From Gemmatimonadota bacterium (lineage in GTDB: Bacteria > Gemmatimonadota > Gemmatimonadetes > Gemmatimonadales > Gemmatimonadaceae): DNA of 64,000 bases. Shown here piece by piece: positions 63,652 through 64,000 of this stretch. Below the pieces are notes generated by a model, which was not told the origin of the DNA, made no database searches, and worked only from the letters and a program-made list of their open reading frames with translations. A program made the translations under genes and the position numbers. The stretch spans positions 2,996 through 66,995 of the forward strand of contig JANYBD010000056.1 in the NCBI GenBank assembly GCA_025360995.1, read 5' to 3'. Every line of letters starts with the position of its first letter. The stretch's first letter is position 1.

Positions 63652-64000
63652 TTAGTCCTTTGTCTCAACCCAGTTGGCGCCTGTGCCCACGTCAACTACC
63701 AAAGGCACGTCGAGCTTAACCGCAGTAGTCATCTCGCGCACAACCATTTCATGCAGTGCCGAGAGTTCGGCGGGCGGCGCTTCAAACACGAGTTCATCGT
63801 GCACCTGTAGCAACATACGACTCTCCATCCCACTCGTACCAATCGCCGCATGAATTCGCAGCATCGCCACTTTGATCAAGTCGGCCGCTGACCCCTGGAT
63901 CGGCGAGTTTTGCGCCGTGCGCTCACCGAACGCTCGAATGTTAAAATTCCGATCCTTAAGTTCCGGGATATATCGGCGTCGCTTGAAAATTGTTTCAACG
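63652..64000 (-). CDS. polA: DNA polymerase I, C-terminal end (gene continues beyond window)
   Basis: Motif C QVHDELVFE and a typical C-terminus (...GANW). The frame stays open to base 64000. Confidence 0.9.
   Translation of the reverse strand, partial: VETIFKRRRYIPELKDRNFNIRAFGERTAQNSPIQGSAADLIKVAMLRIHAAIGTSGMESRMLLQVHDELVFEAPPAELSALHEMVVREMTTAVKLDVPLVVDVGTGANWVETKD

Noticed and set aside
63640-63655. TGGCAC-N5-TTTAG on the plus strand, a sigma54 -24-like hexamer.
   Set aside because: The orientation points into the 3' end of polA (antisense), the -12 element is wrong (TTTAG rather than TTGC), and no plus-strand gene follows.
1-64000. Search for tRNA, rRNA, CRISPR arrays, transposases, integrases or long repeats.
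   Set aside because: I found no cloverleaf-like sequences, no spaced direct-repeat arrays, no recombinase motifs and no long duplicated segments by eye. The only tandem repeat is the 3 x 11 bp unit at 21957-21989.

Overview
GC-rich bacterial chromosomal window, densely coding, made up almost entirely of housekeeping genes. The protein signatures are reminiscent of Gemmatimonadota-like lineages, but I cannot verify this without a database search.

Gene content in order:
- class I fumarase
- a VanX-type dipeptidase
- a Nudix-related (NrtR-like) regulator
- yggX and several hydrolases
- a divergent arginine cluster: argC-argB-argD on the minus strand, argR-argG-argH on the plus strand
- a compact minus-strand sulfur operon: diheme cytochrome c, SoxC/SorA-like Mo-enzyme, cytochrome c subunit, two YeeE/YedE half-transporters, ArsR-family regulator
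- a visibly AT-rich non-coding stretch with an orphan HTH gene and cspA
- ispG, an HD-only alarmone-hydrolase-like gene and a Wzz/BY-kinase-like protein with a degenerate P-loop
- a cupredoxin and a DsbA-like protein
- a complete nine-gene his operon: hisG-D-C-H-A-B-F-N-IE
- two M16 peptidases and murB
- a three-gene minus-strand unit: wHTH protein, nucleotidyltransferase-like protein, large beta-barrel protein
- pepN, terC and arsC-family genes
- mnmG, a GT-C-like membrane protein and a SIMPL protein
- a perfect parS, parA, parB, a TM/coiled-coil protein and a bactofilin
- a BMP-type ABC transporter with an embedded Nif3 gene
- a DUF4031/lipoprotein pair, a type IV pilin and the 3' end of polA

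I found no rRNA, tRNA, CRISPR array, transposase or integrase.

Most interesting signals, none of which are on the ORF track:
1. A 28-codon His-rich leader ORF followed by an intrinsic terminator just upstream of hisG. This is a candidate ribosome-mediated his attenuator.
2. A 21-bp palindrome, TTAGTA-N9-TACTAA, found both over the promoter of the Nudix-related regulator gene and upstream of the SIMPL gene about 49 kb away.
3. A perfect 16-bp palindrome in front of the wHTH/nucleotidyltransferase-like/beta-barrel unit.
4. A consensus CRP-type box upstream of the cupredoxin gene.
5. parS-parAB physically linked to a bactofilin.

All functional calls rest on motifs I recognise by eye. No similarity search was run.
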